A stretch of DNA of 64,000 bases from Eledone cirrhosa. Lineage: Eukaryota. The notes beneath the pieces were generated by a model. It searched no databases and was not told the DNA's origin. It was given only the letters and a program-made list of their open reading frames with translations. Made by a program: the position numbers and the translations under genes. Position 1 is the first letter of the stretch. Every line of letters begins with the position of its first letter. This document shows positions 40,601-55,600 of this stretch, piece after piece. The stretch covers positions 258,416,001 through 258,480,000 of the forward strand of contig OZ024741.1 of the NCBI GenBank assembly GCA_964016885.1, written 5' to 3'.

Positions 40601-43600
40601 GTGTTCCGACTTAAGAGTGATTCGACTTACGAGCGCTTCGACTTACGAGTGTTCCGACTTACGAGTGTTTCTGCTTACGAGTGTTTCGACTTACGAATGT
40701 TTCGACTTACGAGTGTTTCGGCTTACGAGTGTTTCGACTTACTAATGTTTTTACTTACGAGTGTTTCGGCGTACGAGTGTTTCGACTTACGAGTGTATCG
40801 GCTTACGAGTGTTTCGACTTACGAGTGTTTTTACTTAAGGGTGTTTCGACTTACGAGTATTTTTGGCTTACGAGTGTTTCGACTTACGAGTGTTTTGACT
40901 TACGAGTGTTCTGATTTACGAATGTTTCGACATACGAGTGTTTTGACTTACGATGTTTCGACTTAAGAGTGTTTCGACTTACGAGTGTTTCGACTTACGG
41001 GTGTTTCGACTTACGAGTGTTTCGACTTACGAATGTTTCGACTTACGGGTGTTTCGGCTTACGAGTGTTCTGACTTACGAGTGTTCTGACTTACGAGTGT
41101 TCCGGCTTACGAGTTTTTCGACTTACGAGTGTTTCGACTTACGAGTGTTTCGACTTACGAGTGTTTCGGCTTACGAGTGGTTTGACTTACGAGTGTTCTG
41201 ACTACGAGTGTTCTGACTTACGAGTGTTTCGGCTTATGAGTGTTTCGACTTACGAGTGTTTCGGTTTATGAGTGTTTCGACTTACGAGTGTTTCGGCTTA
41301 CGAGTGTTTCGACTTACGGTGTTTCGGCTTACGAGTGTTTCGACTTACGAGTGTTTCGACTACGAATGTTTCGACTTACGAGTGATTTGACTTACGAGTG
41401 TTCTGACTACGAGTGTTCTGACTTACGGGTGTTCTGACTTACGAGTGTTCCGACTTACGAGTGTTTCGGCTAATGAGTGTTTCGACTTACGGGCGTTTCG
41501 ACTTACGGGTGTTTCGATTTACGAGTGTTTTGACTTACGAGTGTTCTGACTTACGAGTGTTCTGACTTACGAGAGTTCCGACTTACGACTGTTTCGACTT
41601 ACGAGTGTTTTGACTTACGAGTGTTCCGACTTACGAGTGTTTCGGCTTATGGGTGTTTTGACGTACGAGTATTTTTGGATAACGAGTGTTTCTACTTACG
41701 AGTGTTTTGAATTACGATTGTTTCGGCTTACGAGTGTTTCGACTTACGAGTATTTCGACTTACGAGTTTTTTTACTTACGGTGTTTCGGCTTACGAGTGT
41801 TTCGACTTATGAGTGTTCTGATTTACGGATGTTTCGACATACGAGTGTTTTGACTTACGGTGTTTCGACTTACGAGTGTTTCGACTTACGAGCGTTTCGA
41901 CTTACGGGTGTTTCGACTTACGAGTGTTTCGACTTACGAGTGTTACGACTTACGGGTGTTTCGGCTTACGAGTGTTTCGACTTACGAGTGTTCTGACTTA
42001 CGAGTGTTCTGACTTACGAGTGTTCTGGCTTACGAGTTTTTCGACTTACGAGTGTTTCGACTTACGAGTGTTTCGGCTTACAAGTGTTTCGGCTTACGAG
42101 TGGTTTGACTTACGAGTGTTCTGAATACGAGTGTTCTGTCTTACGAGTGTTTCGACTTACGAGTGTTTCGGCTTATGAGTGTTTCGACTTACGAGTGTTT
42201 CGGCTTACGAGTCTTTCGACTTACGAGTGTTTCGACTTACGGGTGTTTCGACTTACGAGTGTTTCGACTACGAATGTTTCGACTTACGAGTGCTTCGGCT
42301 TACGAGTGTTTCGACTTATGGGTGTTTCGACTTACGAGTGTTTTTACTTACGGTGTTTCGGCTTACGAGTGTTTCGACATACGAGTGTTTTGACTTACGG
42401 GTGTTTCGACTTACGAGTGTTTCGACTTACGAATGTTTTGACTTACGGGTGTTTCGGCTTACGAGTGTTTCGATTTATGAGTGTTTCGGCTTACGAGTGT
42501 TTCGACTTACTAATGTTTTTACTTACGAGTGTTTCGGCGTACGAGAGTTTTGACTTACGAGTGTTTCTACTTACGAGTGTTTCGACTTACGAGTGTTTTG
42601 ACTTACGAATGTTTTGACTTACGGGTGTTTCGGCTTACGAGTGTTTCGACTTACGAGTCTTTCGGCTTACGAGTGTTTCGACTTACTAATGTTTTTACTT
42701 ACGAGTGTTTCGGCGTACGAGTGTTTCGACTTACGAGTGTTTCGACTTACGGGTGTTTTGACTTACGGGTGTTTCGGCTTACGAGTGTTTCGACTTACGA
42801 GTGTTTTGACTTAAGGGTGTTTCGACTTACGAGTATTTTTGGCTTACGAGTGTTTCGACTTACGAGTGTTTTGACTTACGAGTGTTCTAATTTACGGATG
42901 TTTCGACATACGAGTGTTTTGACTTACGAGTGTTTCGACTTATGAGTGTTTCGACTTACGAGTGTTTCGGCTTACGAGTGGTTTGACTTACGAGTGTTCT
43001 GAATACGAGTGTTTTGACTTACGAGTATTTCGACTTATGAGTGTTTCGACTTACGAGTGTTTCGGCTTATGAGTGTTTCGACTTACGTGTGTTTCGGTTT
43101 ACGAGTGTTTCGACTTACGAGTGTTTCGACTTACGGGTGTTTCGACTTACGAGTGTTTCGACTACGAGTGTTTCGACTTACGAGTGTTTCGGCTTACGAG
43201 TGTTTCGACATACGGGTGTTTCGACTTACGATGTTTCGGCTTACGAGTGTTTCGACTTACGAGTGTTCCGACTTACGAGTGTTTCTGCTTACGAGTGTTT
43301 CGACTTACGAATGTTTCGACTTACGAGTGTTTCGGCTTACGAGTGTTTCGACTTACTAATGTTTTTACTTACGAGTGTTTCGGCGTACGAGTGTTTCGAC
43401 TTACGAGTGTATCGGCTTACGAGTGTTTCGACTTACGAGTGTTTTTACTTAAGGGTGTTTCGACTTACGAGTATTTTTGGCTTACGAGTGTTTCGACTTA
43501 CGAGTGTTTTGACTTACGAGTGTTCTGATTTACGAATGTTTCGACATACGAGTGTTTTGACTTACGATGTTTCGACTTACGAGTGTTTCGACTTACGAGT

Positions 43601-46600
43601 GTTTCGACTTACGGGTGTTTCGACTTACGAGTGTTTCGACTTACGAATGTTTCGACTTACGGGTGTTTCGGCTTACGAGTGTTTCGACTTACGAGTGTTC
43701 TGACTTACGAGTGTTCTGACTTACGAGTGTTCCGGCTTACGAGTTTTTCGACTTACGAGTGTTTCGACTTACGAGTGTTTCGACTTACGAGTGTTTCGGC
43801 TTACGAGTGGTTTGACTTACGAGTGTTCTGACTACGAGTGTTCTGACTTACGAGTGTTTCGGCTTATGAGTGTTTCGACTTACGAGTGTTTCGGTTTATG
43901 AGTGTTTCGACTTACGAGTGTTTCGGCTTACGAGTGTTTCGACTTACGGTGTTTCGGCTTACGAGTGTTTCGACTTACGAGTGTTTCGACTACGAATGTT
44001 TCGACTTACGAGTGATTTGACTTACGAGTGTTCTGACTACGAGTGTTCTGACTTACGGGTGTTCTGACTTACGAGTGTTCCGACTTACGAGTGTTTCGGC
44101 TAATGAGTGTTTCGACTTACGGGCGTTTCGACTTACGGGTGTTTCGATTTACGAGTGTTTTGACTTACGAGTGTTCTGACTTACGAGTGTTCTGACTTAC
44201 GAGAGTTCCGACTTACGACTGTTTCGACTTACGAGTGTTTTGACTTACGAGTGTTCCGACTTACGAGTGTTTCGGCTTATGGGTGTTTTGACGTACGAGT
44301 ATTTTTGGATAACGAGTGTTTCTACTTACGAGTGTTTTGAATTACGATTGTTTCGGCTTACGAGTGTTTCGACTTACGAGTATTTCGACTTACGAGTTTT
44401 TTTACTTACGGTGTTTCGGCTTACGAGTGTTTCGACTTATGAGTGTTCTGATTTACGGATGTTTCGACATACGAGTGTTTTGACTTACGGTGTTTCGACT
44501 TACGAGTGTTTCGACTTACGAGCGTTTCGACTTACGGGTGTTTCGACTTACGAGTGTTTCGACTTACGAGTGTTACGACTTACGGGTGTTTCGGCTTACG
44601 AGTGTTTCGACTTACGAGTGTTCTGACTTACGAGTGTTCTGACTTACGAGTGTTCCGGCTTACGAGTTTTTCGACTTACGAGTGTTTCGACTTACGAGTG
44701 TTTCGGCTTACAAGTGTTCTGTCTTACGAGTGTTTCGACTTACGAGTGTTTCGGCTTATGAGTGTTTCGACTTACGAGTGTTTCGGCTTACGAGTCTTTC
44801 GACTTACGAGTGTTTCGACTTACGGGTGTTTCGACTTACGAGTGTTTCGACTACGAATGTTTCGACTTACGAGTGCTTCGGCTTACGAGTGTTTCGACTT
44901 ATGGGTGTTTCGACTTACGAGTGTTTTTACTTACGGTGTTTCGGCTTACGAGTGTTTCGACATACGAGTGTTTTGACTTACGGGTGTTTCGACTTACGAG
45001 TGTTTCGACTTACGAATGTTTTGACTTACGGGTGTTTCGGCTTACGAGTGTTTCGATTTATGAGTGTTTCGGCTTACGAGTGTTTCGACTTACTAATGTT
45101 TTTACTTACGAGTGTTTCGGCGTACGAGAGTTTTGACTTACGAGTGTTTCTACTTACGAGTGTTTCGACTTACGAGTGTTTTGACTTACGAATGTTTTGA
45201 CTTACGGGTGTTTCGGCTTACGAGTGTTTCGACTTACGAGTCTTTCGGCTTACGAGTGTTTCGACTTACTAATGTTTTTACTTACGAGTGTTTCGGCGTA
45301 CGAGTGTTTCGACTTACGAGTGTTTCGACTTACGGGTGTTTTGACTTACGGGTGTTTCGGCTTACGAGTGTTTCGACTTACGAGTGTTTTGACTTAAGGG
45401 TGTTTCGACTTACGAGTATTTTTGGCTTACGAGTGTTTCGACTTACGAGTGTTTTGACTTACGAGTGTTCTAATTTACGGATGTTTCGACATACGAGTGT
45501 TTTGACTTACGAGTGTTTCGACTTATGAGTGTTTCGACTTACGAGTGTTTCGGCTTACGAGTGGTTTGACTTACGAGTGTTCTGAATACGAGTGTTTTGA
45601 CTTACGAGTATTTCGGCTTATGAGTGTTTCGACTTACGAGTGTTTCGGCTTATGAGTGTTTCGACTTACGTGTGTTTCGGTTTACGAGTGTTTCGACTTA
45701 CGAGTGTTTCGACTTACGGGTGTTTCGACTTACGAGTGTTTCGACTACGAGTGTTTCGACTTACGAGTGTTTCGGCTTACCAGTGTTTCGACATACGGGT
45801 GTTTCGACTTACGATGTTTCGGCTTACGAGTGTTTCGACTTACGAGTATTCTGACTTACGGGTGTTTCGACTTACGGGTGTTTCGACTTAAGAGTGTTTC
45901 GACTTACGAGCGCTTCGACTTACGAGTGTTCTGACTTACGAGTGTTCCGACTTACGAGTGTTTCGGCTTACGAGTGTTTCGACTTACGAGTGTTCCGGCT
46001 TACGCGTGTTTCGACTTACGAGTGTTTCGGCTTATGAGTGTTTCGACTTACGAGTGCTTTGGCTTACGAGTGTTTCGACTTACGAGTGTTTCGGCTTACG
46101 AGAGTTTCGACTTACGAATGTTTTGGCTTACGAGTGTTTCGGCTTACGAGTGTTTCGACTTACGGGTGTTTCGACTTACGGGTGTTCCGACTTAAGAGTG
46201 ATTCGACTTACGAGCGCTTCGACTTACGAGTGTTCCGACTTACGAGTGTTTCTGCTTACGAGTGTTTCGACTTACGAATGTTTCGACTTACGAGTGTTTC
46301 GGCTTACGAGTGTTTCGACTTACCAATGTTTTTACTTACGAGTGTTTCGGCGTACGAGTGTTTCGACTTACGAGTGTTTCGGCTTACGAGTGTTTCGACT
46401 TACGAGTGTTTTTACTTAAGGGTGTTTCGACTTACGAGTATTTTTGGCTTACGAGTGTTTCGACTTACGAGTGTTTTGACTTACGAGTGTTCTGATTTAC
46501 GAATGTTTCGACATACGAGTGTTTTGACTTACGATGTTTCGACTTACGAGTGTTTCGACTTACGAGTGTTTCGACTTACGGGTGTTTCGACTTACGAGTG

Positions 46601-49600
46601 TTTCGACTTACGAATGTTTCGACTTACGGGTGTTCCGGCTTACGAGTGTTTCGACTTACGAGGGTTCTGACTTACGAGGGTTCTGACTTACGAGTGTTCT
46701 GACTTACGAGTGTTCCGGCTTACGAGTGTTTCGACTTACGAGTGTTTCGACTTACGAGTGTTTCGGCTTACGAGTGGTTTGACTTACGAGTGTTCTGACT
46801 ACGAGTGTTCTGACTTACGAGTGTTTCGGCTTATGAGTGTTTCGACTTACGAGTGTTTCGGTTTATGAGTGTTTCGACTTACGAGTGTTTCGGCTTACGA
46901 GTGTTTCGACTTACGAATGTTTCGACTTACGGGTGTTTCGACTTACGAGTGTTTCGTCTACGAGTGTTTCGACTTACGAGTGTTTCGGCTTACGAGTGTT
47001 TCGACATACGGGTGTTTCGACTTACGGTGTTTCGGCTTACGAGTGTTTCGACTTACGAGTGTTTTGACTTACGAGTGTTCTGACTTACGAGTGTTCCGAC
47101 TTACGAGTGTTCCGACTTACGAGTGTTTCGGCTTACGAGTGTTTCGGCTTACGAGTGTTTCGGCTTACGAGTGTTTTGACTTACGAGTGTTCTGACTACG
47201 AGTGTTCTGACTTACGGGTGTTCTGACTTACGGTGTTCCGACTTACGAGTGTTTCGGCTAATGAGTGTTTCGACTTACGGGCGTTTCGACTTACGGGTGT
47301 TTCGAATTACGAGTGTTTTGACTTACGAGTGTTCTGACTTACGAGTGTTTTGACTTACGAGTGTTCCGACTTACGAGTGTTTCGGCTTACGGGTGTTTCG
47401 ACGTACGAGTATTTTTGGCTTACGAGTGTTTCGAGTTACGAGTGTTTTGAATTACGATTATTTCGGCTTACGAGTGTTTCGACTTACGAGTATTTCGACT
47501 TACGAGTTTTTTTACTTACGGTGTTTCGGCTTACGAGTGTTTCGACTTACGAGTGTTTCGACTTACGGGTGTTTTGACATACGAGTGTTTCGATATGAGT
47601 GCTCTGACTTACGAGTGTTCTGACTTACGAGTGTTCTGACTTACGAGTGTTCTGACTTACGGGTGTTCTGACTTACGTGTGTTCCGACTTACGAGTGTTT
47701 CGGCTATGGGTGTTTCGACTTACGAGTGTTTCGACTTACGAATGTTTCAACTTACGGGTGTTTCGGCTTACGAGTGTTTCGACTTACGAGTGTTCTGACT
47801 TACGAGTGTTCTGACTTACGAGTGTTCCGGCTTACGAGTTTTTCGACTTACGAGTGTTTCGACTTACGAGTGTTTCGACTTACGAGTGTTTCGGCTTACG
47901 AGTGGTTTGACTTACGAGTGTTCTGACTACGAGTGTTCTGACTTACGAGTGTTTCGGCTTATGAGTGTTTCGACTTACGAGTGTTTCGGTTTATGAGTGT
48001 TTCGACTTACGAGTGTTTCGGCTTACGAGTGTTTCGACTTACGAATGTTTCGACTTACGGGTGTTTCGAATTACGAGTGTTTCGTCTACGAGTGTTTCGA
48101 CTTACGAGTGTTTGGGCTTACGAGTGTTTCGACATACGGGTGTTTCGACTTACGGTGTTTCGGCTTACGAGTGTTTCGACTTACGAGTGTTTCGACTACG
48201 AATGTTTCGACTTACGAGTGCTTTGACTTACGAGTGTTCTGACTACGAGTGTTCTGACTTACGGGTGTTCTGACTTACGAGTGTTCCGACTTACGAGTGT
48301 TTCGGCTAATGAGTGTTTCGACTTACGGGCGTTTCGACTTACGGGTGTTTCGATTTACGAGTGTTTTGACTTACGAGTGTTCTGACTTACGAGTGTTCTG
48401 ACTTACGAGAGTTCCGACTTACGACTGTTTCGACTTACGAGTGTTTTGACTTACGAGTGTTCCGACTTACGAGTGTTTCGGCTTATGGGTGTTTTGACGT
48501 ACGAGTATTTTTGGATAACGAGTGTTTCTACTTACGAGTGTTTTGAATTACGATTGTTTCGGCTTACGAGTGTTTCGACTTACGAGTATTTCGACTTACG
48601 AGTTTTTTTACTTACGGTGTTTCGGCTTACGAGTGTTTCGACTTATGAGTGTTCTGATTTACGGATGTTTCGACATACGAGTGTTTTGACTTACGGTGTT
48701 TCGACTTACGAGTGTTTCGACTTACGGGTGTTTCGACTTACGAGTGTTTCGACTTACGAGTGTTACGACTTACGGGTGTTTCGGCTTACGAGTCTTTCGA
48801 CTTACGAGTGTTTCGACTTACGGGTGTTTCGACTTACGAGTGTTTCGACTACGAATGTTTCGACTTACGAGTGTTTCGGCTTACGAGTGTTTCGACTTAT
48901 GGGTGTTTCGACTTACGAGTGTTTTTACTTACGGTGTTTCGGCTTACGAGTGTTTCGACATACGAGTGTTTTGACTTACGGGTGTTTCGACTTACGAGTG
49001 TTTCGACTTACGAATGTTTTGACTTACGGGTGTTTCGGCTTACGAGTGTTTCGATTTATGAGTGTTTCGGCTTACGAGTGTTTCGACTTACTAATGTTTT
49101 TACTTACGAGTGTTTCGGCGTACGAGAGTTTTGACTTACGAGTGTTTCTACTTACGAGTGTTTCGACTTACGAGTGTTTTGACTTACGAATGTTTTGACT
49201 TACGGGTGTTTCGGCTTACGAGTGTTTCGACTTACGAGTCTTTCGGCTTACGAGTGTTTCGACTTACTAATGTTTTTACTTACGAGTGTTTCGGCGTACG
49301 AGTGTTTCGACTTACGAGTGTTTCGACTTACGGGTGTTTTGACTTACGGGTGTTTCGGCTTACGAGTGTTTCGACTTACGAGTGTTTTGACTTAAGGGTG
49401 TTTCGACTTACGAGTATTTTTGGCTTACGAGTGTTTCGACTTACGAGTGTTTTGACTTACGAGTGTTCTAATTTACGGATGTTTCGACATACGAGTGTTT
49501 TGACTTACGAGTGTTTCGACTTATGAGTGTTTCGACTTACGAGTGTTTCGGCTTACGAGTGGTTTGACTTACGAGTGTTCTGACTACGAGTGTTTTGACT

Positions 49601-52600
49601 TACGAGTATTTCGGCTTATGAGTGTTTCGACTTACGAGTGTTTCGGCTTATGAGTGTTTCGACTTACGTGTGTTTCGGTTTACGAGTGTTTCGACTTACG
49701 AGTGTTTCGACTTACGGGTGTTTCGACTTACGAGTGTTTCGACTACGAGTGTTTCGACTTACGAGTGTTTCGGCTTACGAGTGTTTCCACATACGGGTGT
49801 TTCGACTTACGATGTTTCGGCTTACGAGTGTTTCGACTTACGAGTATTCTGACTTACGGGTGTTTCGACTTACGGGTGTTTCGACTTAAGAGTGTTTCGA
49901 CTTACGAGCGCTTCGACTTACGAGTGTTCTGACTTACGAGTGTTCCGACTTACGAGTGTTTCGGCTTACTAGTGTTTCGACTTACGAGTGTTCCGGCTTA
50001 CGCGTGTTTCGACTTACGAGTGTTTCGGCTTATGAGTGTTTCGACTTACGAGTGCTTCGGCTTACGAGTGTTTCGACTTACGAGTGTTTCGGCTTACGAG
50101 AGTTTCGACTTACGAATGTTTTGGCTTACGAGTGTTTCGGCTTACGAGTGTTTCGACTTACGGGTGTTTCGACTTACGGGTGTTCCGACTTAAGAGTGAT
50201 TCGACTTACGAGCGCTTCGACTTACGAGTGTTCCGACTTACGAGTGTTTCTGCTTACGAGTGTTTCGACTTACGAATGTTTCGACTTACGAGTGTTTCGG
50301 CTTAAGAGTGTTTCGACTTACTAATGTTTTTACTTACGAGTGTTTCGGCGTACGAGTGTTTCGACTTACGAGTGTTTCGGCTTACGAGTGTTTCGACTTA
50401 CGAGTGTTTTTACGTAAGGGTGTTTCGACTTACGAGTATTTTTGGCTTACGAGTGTTTCGACTTACGAGTGTTTTGACTTACGAGTGTTCTGATTTACGA
50501 ATGTTTCGACATACGAGTGTTTTGACTTACGATGTTTCGACTTACGAGTGTTTCGACTTACGAGTGTTTCGACTTACGGGTGTTTCGACTTACGGGTGTT
50601 TCGACTTACGAGTGTTTTGACTTACGAGTGTTCTGATTTACGAATGTTTCGACATACGAATGTTTCGACTTACGGGTGTTCCGGCTTACGAGTGTTTCGA
50701 CTTACGAGTGTTCTGACTTACGAGTGTTCTGACTTACGAGTGTTCCGGCTTACGAGTTTTTCGACTTACGAGTGTTTCGACTTACGAGTGTTTCTACTTA
50801 CGAGTGTTTCGGCTTACGAGTGGTTTGACTTACGAGTGTTCTGACTACGAGTGTTCTGACTTACGAGTGTTCTGACTTACGAGTGTTCCGGCTTACGAGT
50901 TTTTCGACTTACGAGTGTTTCGACTTACGAGTGTTTCGACTTACGAGTGTTTCGACTTGCGAGTGTTTCGACTACGGGTGTTTCGACTTACGAATGTTTT
51001 GACTTACGGTTGTTTTGACTTACGGGTGTTTCGGCTTACGAGTGTTTCGACTTACGAGTGTTCTGACTTACGAGTGTTCTGACTTACGAGTGTTCTGACT
51101 TACGAGTGTTCCGACTTACGAGTGTTTCGGCTTTCGAGTGTTTCGACTTACGAGTGTTTCGGGTTACGAGTGTTTCGACATACGAATGTTTTCGCTTACG
51201 AGTGTTTCCGCTTAGGAGTGTTTCGACTTACGAGTGTTTCGACTTACGAGTGTTTTGACTTACGGTTTTTCGGCTTGCGAGTGTTTCGACATACGAGTGT
51301 TTTGACTTACGGGCGTTTCGACTTACGGGTGTTTCGACTTACGAGTGTTTCGACTTACGAGTGTTCTGACTTACGAGTGTTCTGACTTGCGAGTGTTCCG
51401 ACTTACGAGTGCTTGGGCTTACGAGTGTTTCGACATACGAGTGTTTTGACTTACGGATGTTTCAACTTACGGGTGTTTCGACTTACGAGTGTTTCGACTT
51501 ACGAGTGTTCTGACTACGAGTGTTCTGACTTACGGGTGCTCTGACTTACGAGTGTTTCGACTTACGAGTGTTTCGACTTACGAGTGTTTCGGCTTACGAG
51601 TGTTTCGACTTACGAGTGTTTTGACTTACGAATGTTTTGCCTTACGGGTGTTCCGGTTTACGAGTGTTTCGACTTACGAGTATTCTGACTTACGAGTGTT
51701 CCGACTTACGGGTGTTTCGACTTACGAGTGTTTCGACTTACGAGTGTTCCGACCTATGAGGGTTTCGGCTTACTGGTGTTCCGACTTACGAGTATTTTCG
51801 GCTGACGAGTGTTTCGAGTTACGAGTGTTTTGACTTACGATTGTTTCGGCTTACGAGTGTTTCGGCTTACGAGTGTTTTGATTTACGAGTGTTTTGACTT
51901 ACGGGTGTTTCGACTTACGCGTGTTTCGACTTACGAGTGTTTCGACTTACGAGTGTTCCGACTTACGAGTGTTTCGGCTATGAGTGTTTTGACTTACGGG
52001 TGTTTCGACTTACGGGTGTTTCGACTTACGAGTGTTTCGACTTACGTGTGTTTCCGCTTACGAGTGTTTCGGCTTACGAGTGTTTCGAATTACGAGTGTT
52101 TTGGCTTACGAATGTTTTGACTTACGGGTGTTTCGGTGTACGAGTGTTTCGACTTAAGGATGTTTCGACTTACGAGTGTTTCGACTTACGAGTGTTTCGA
52201 CTTACGAGTGTTCTGACTTACGAGTGTTACGAGTTACGAGTGTTCCGACTTACGAGTGTTTCGGCTTACGAGTGTTTCGGCTTACGAGTGTTTCGGCTTA
52301 CGAGTGTTTTGACTTACGAGTGTTCTGACTACGAGTGTTCTGACTTACGGGTGTTCTGACTTACGAGTGTTCCAACTTACGAGTGTTTCGGCTAATGAGT
52401 GTTTCGACTTACGGGCGTTTCGACTTACGGGTGTTTCGACTTACGAGTGTTTTGACTTACGAGTGTTCTGACTTACGAGTGTTCTGACTTACGAGAGTTC
52501 CGACTTACGACTGTTTCGACTTACGAGTGTTTTGACTTACGAGTGTTCCGACTTACGAGTGTTTCGGCTTATGGGTGTTTTGACGTACGAGTATTTTTGG

Positions 52601-55600
52601 CTTACGTGTGTTTCTACTTACGAGTGTTTTGAATTACGATTGTTTCGGCTTACGAGTGTTTCGACTTACGAGTATTTCGACTTACGAGTTTTTTTACTTA
52701 CGGTGTTTCGGCTTACGAGTGTTTCGACTTATGAGTGTTCTGATTTACGGATGTTTCGACATACGAGTGTTTTGACTTACGGTGTTTCGACTTACGAGTG
52801 TTTCGACTTACGAGTGTTTCGACTTACGGGTGTTTCGACTTACGAGTGTTTCGACTTACGAGTGTTACGACTTACGGGTGTTCTGACTTACGAGTGTTTC
52901 GACTTACGAGTGTTCTGACTTACGGGTGTTTCGACTTACGAGTGTTTCGACTTACGAATGTTTTGACTTACGGGTGTTTCGGCTTACGAGTGGTTTGACT
53001 TACGAGTGTTCTGACTACGAGTGTTCTGTCTTACGAGTGTTTCGACTTACGAGTGTTTCGGCTTATGAGTGTTTCGACTTACGAGTGTTTCGGCTTACGA
53101 GTCTTTCGACTTACGAGTGTTTCGACTTACGGGTGTTTCGACTTACGAGTGTTTCGACTACGAATGTTTCGACTTACGAGTGTTTCGGCTTACGAGTGTT
53201 TCGACTTATGGGTGTTTCGACTTACAAGTGTTTTTACTTACGGTGTTTCGGCTTACGAGTGTTTCGACATACGAGTGTTTTGACTTACGGGTGTTTCGAC
53301 TTACGAGTGTTTCGACTTACGAATGTTTTGACTTACGGGTGTTTCGGCTTACGAGTGTTTCGATTTATGAGTGTTTCGGCTTACGAGTGTTTCGACTTAC
53401 TAATGTTTTTACTTACGAGTGTTTCGGCGTACGAGAGTTTTGACTTACGAGTGTTTCTACTTACGAGTGTTTCGACTTACGAGTGTTTTGACTTACGAAT
53501 GTTTTGACTTACGGGTGTTTCGGCTTACGAGTGTTTCGACTTACGAGTCTTTCGGCTTACGAGTGTTTCGACTTACTAATGTTTTTACTTACGAGTGTTT
53601 CGGCGTACGAGTGTTTCGACTTACGAGTGTTTCGACTTACGGGTGTTTTGACTTACGGGTGTTTCGGCTTACGAGTGTTTCGACTTACGAGTGTTTTGAC
53701 TTAAGGGTGTTTCGACTTACGAGTATTTTTGGCTTACGAGTGTTTCGACTTACGAGTGTTTTGACTTACGAGTGTTCTAATTTACGGATGTTTCGACATA
53801 CGAGTGTTTTGACTTACGAGTGTTTCGACTTATGAGTGTTTCGACTTACGAGTGTTTCGGCTTACGAGTGGTTTGACTTACGAGTGTTCTGACTACGAGT
53901 GTTTTGACTTACGAGTGTTTCGGCTTATGAGTGTTTCGACTTACGAGTGTTTCGGCTTATGAGTGTTTCGACTTACGAGTGTTTCGGTTTACGAGTGTTT
54001 CGACTTACGAGTGTTTTTACTTAAGGGTGTTTCGACTTACGAGTATTTTTGGCTTACGAGTGTTTCGACTTACGAGTGTTTTGACTTACGAGTGTTCTGA
54101 TTTACGAATGTTTCGACATACGAGTGTTTTGACAAAACGATGTTTCGACTTACGAGTGTTTCGACTTACGAGTGTTTCGACTTACGGGTGTTTCGACTTA
54201 CGAGTGTTTCGACTTACGAATGTTTCGACTTACGGGTGTTCCGGCTTACGAGTGTTTCGACTTACGAGTGTACTGACTTACGAGTGTTCTGACTTACGAG
54301 TGTTCCGGCTTACGAGTTTTTCGACTTACGAGTGTTTCGACTTACGAGTGTTTCGACTTACGAGTGTTTCGACTTGCGAGTGTTTAGACTACGGGTGTTT
54401 CGACTTACGAATGTTTTGACTTACGGATGTTTTGACTTACGGGTGTTTCGGCTTACGAGTGTTTCGACTTACGAGTGTTCTGACTTACGAGTGTTCTGAC
54501 TTACGAGTGTTCTGACTTACGAGTGTTCCGACTTACGAGTGTTTCGGCTTTCGAGTGTTTCGACTTACGAGTGTTTCGGGTTACGAGTGTTTCGACTTAC
54601 GAATGTTTTCGCTTACGAGTGTTTCGACTTACGAGTGTTTCGACTTACGAGTGTTTTGACTTACGGTTTTTCGGCTTGCGAGTGTTTCGACATACGAGTG
54701 TTTTGACTTACGGGCGTTTCGACTTACGGGTGTTTCGACTTACGAGTGTTTCGACTTACGAGTGTTCTGACTTACGAGTGTTCTGACTTGCGAGTGTTCC
54801 GACTTACGAGTGCTTCGGCTTACGAGTGTTTCGACATACGAGTGTTTTGACTTACGGATGTTTCAACTTACGGCTGTTTCGACTTACGAGTGTTTCGACT
54901 TACGAGTGTTCTGACTACGAGTGTTCTGACTTACGGGTGCTCTGACTTACGAGTGTTTCGACTTACGAGTGTTTCGACTTACGAGTGTTTCGGCTTACGA
55001 GTGTTTCGACTTACGAGTGTTTTGACTTACGAATGTTTTGCCTTACGGGTGTTCCGGTTTACGAGTGTTTCGACTTACGAGTAGTCTGACTTACGAGTGT
55101 TCCGACTTACGGGTGTTTCGACTTACGAGTGTTTCGACTTACGAGTGTTCCGACCTATGAGGGTTTTGGCTTACTGGTGTTCCGACTTACGAGTATTTTC
55201 GGCTGACGAGTGTTTCGAGTTACGAGTGTTTTGACTTACGATTGTTTCGGCTTACGAGTGTTTCGGCTTACGAGTGTTTTGATTTACGAGTGTTTTGACT
55301 TACGGGTGTTTCGACTTACGCGTGTTTCGACTTACGAGTGTTTCGACTTACGAGTGTTTCGGCTTATGAGTGTTTCGAATTACGAGTGTTTTGACTTGCG
55401 GGTATTTTGACATACGAGTGTTTCGGTACGAGTGTTCTGACTTACGAGTGTTCTGACTTATGAGTGTTCTGACTTACGAGTGTTCTGACTAACGGGTGTT
55501 CTGACTTACGAGTGTTCCGACTTACGAGTGTTTCGGCTATGAGTGTTTTGACTTACGGGTGTTTCGACTTACGGGTGTTTCGTCTTACGAGTGTTTCGAC

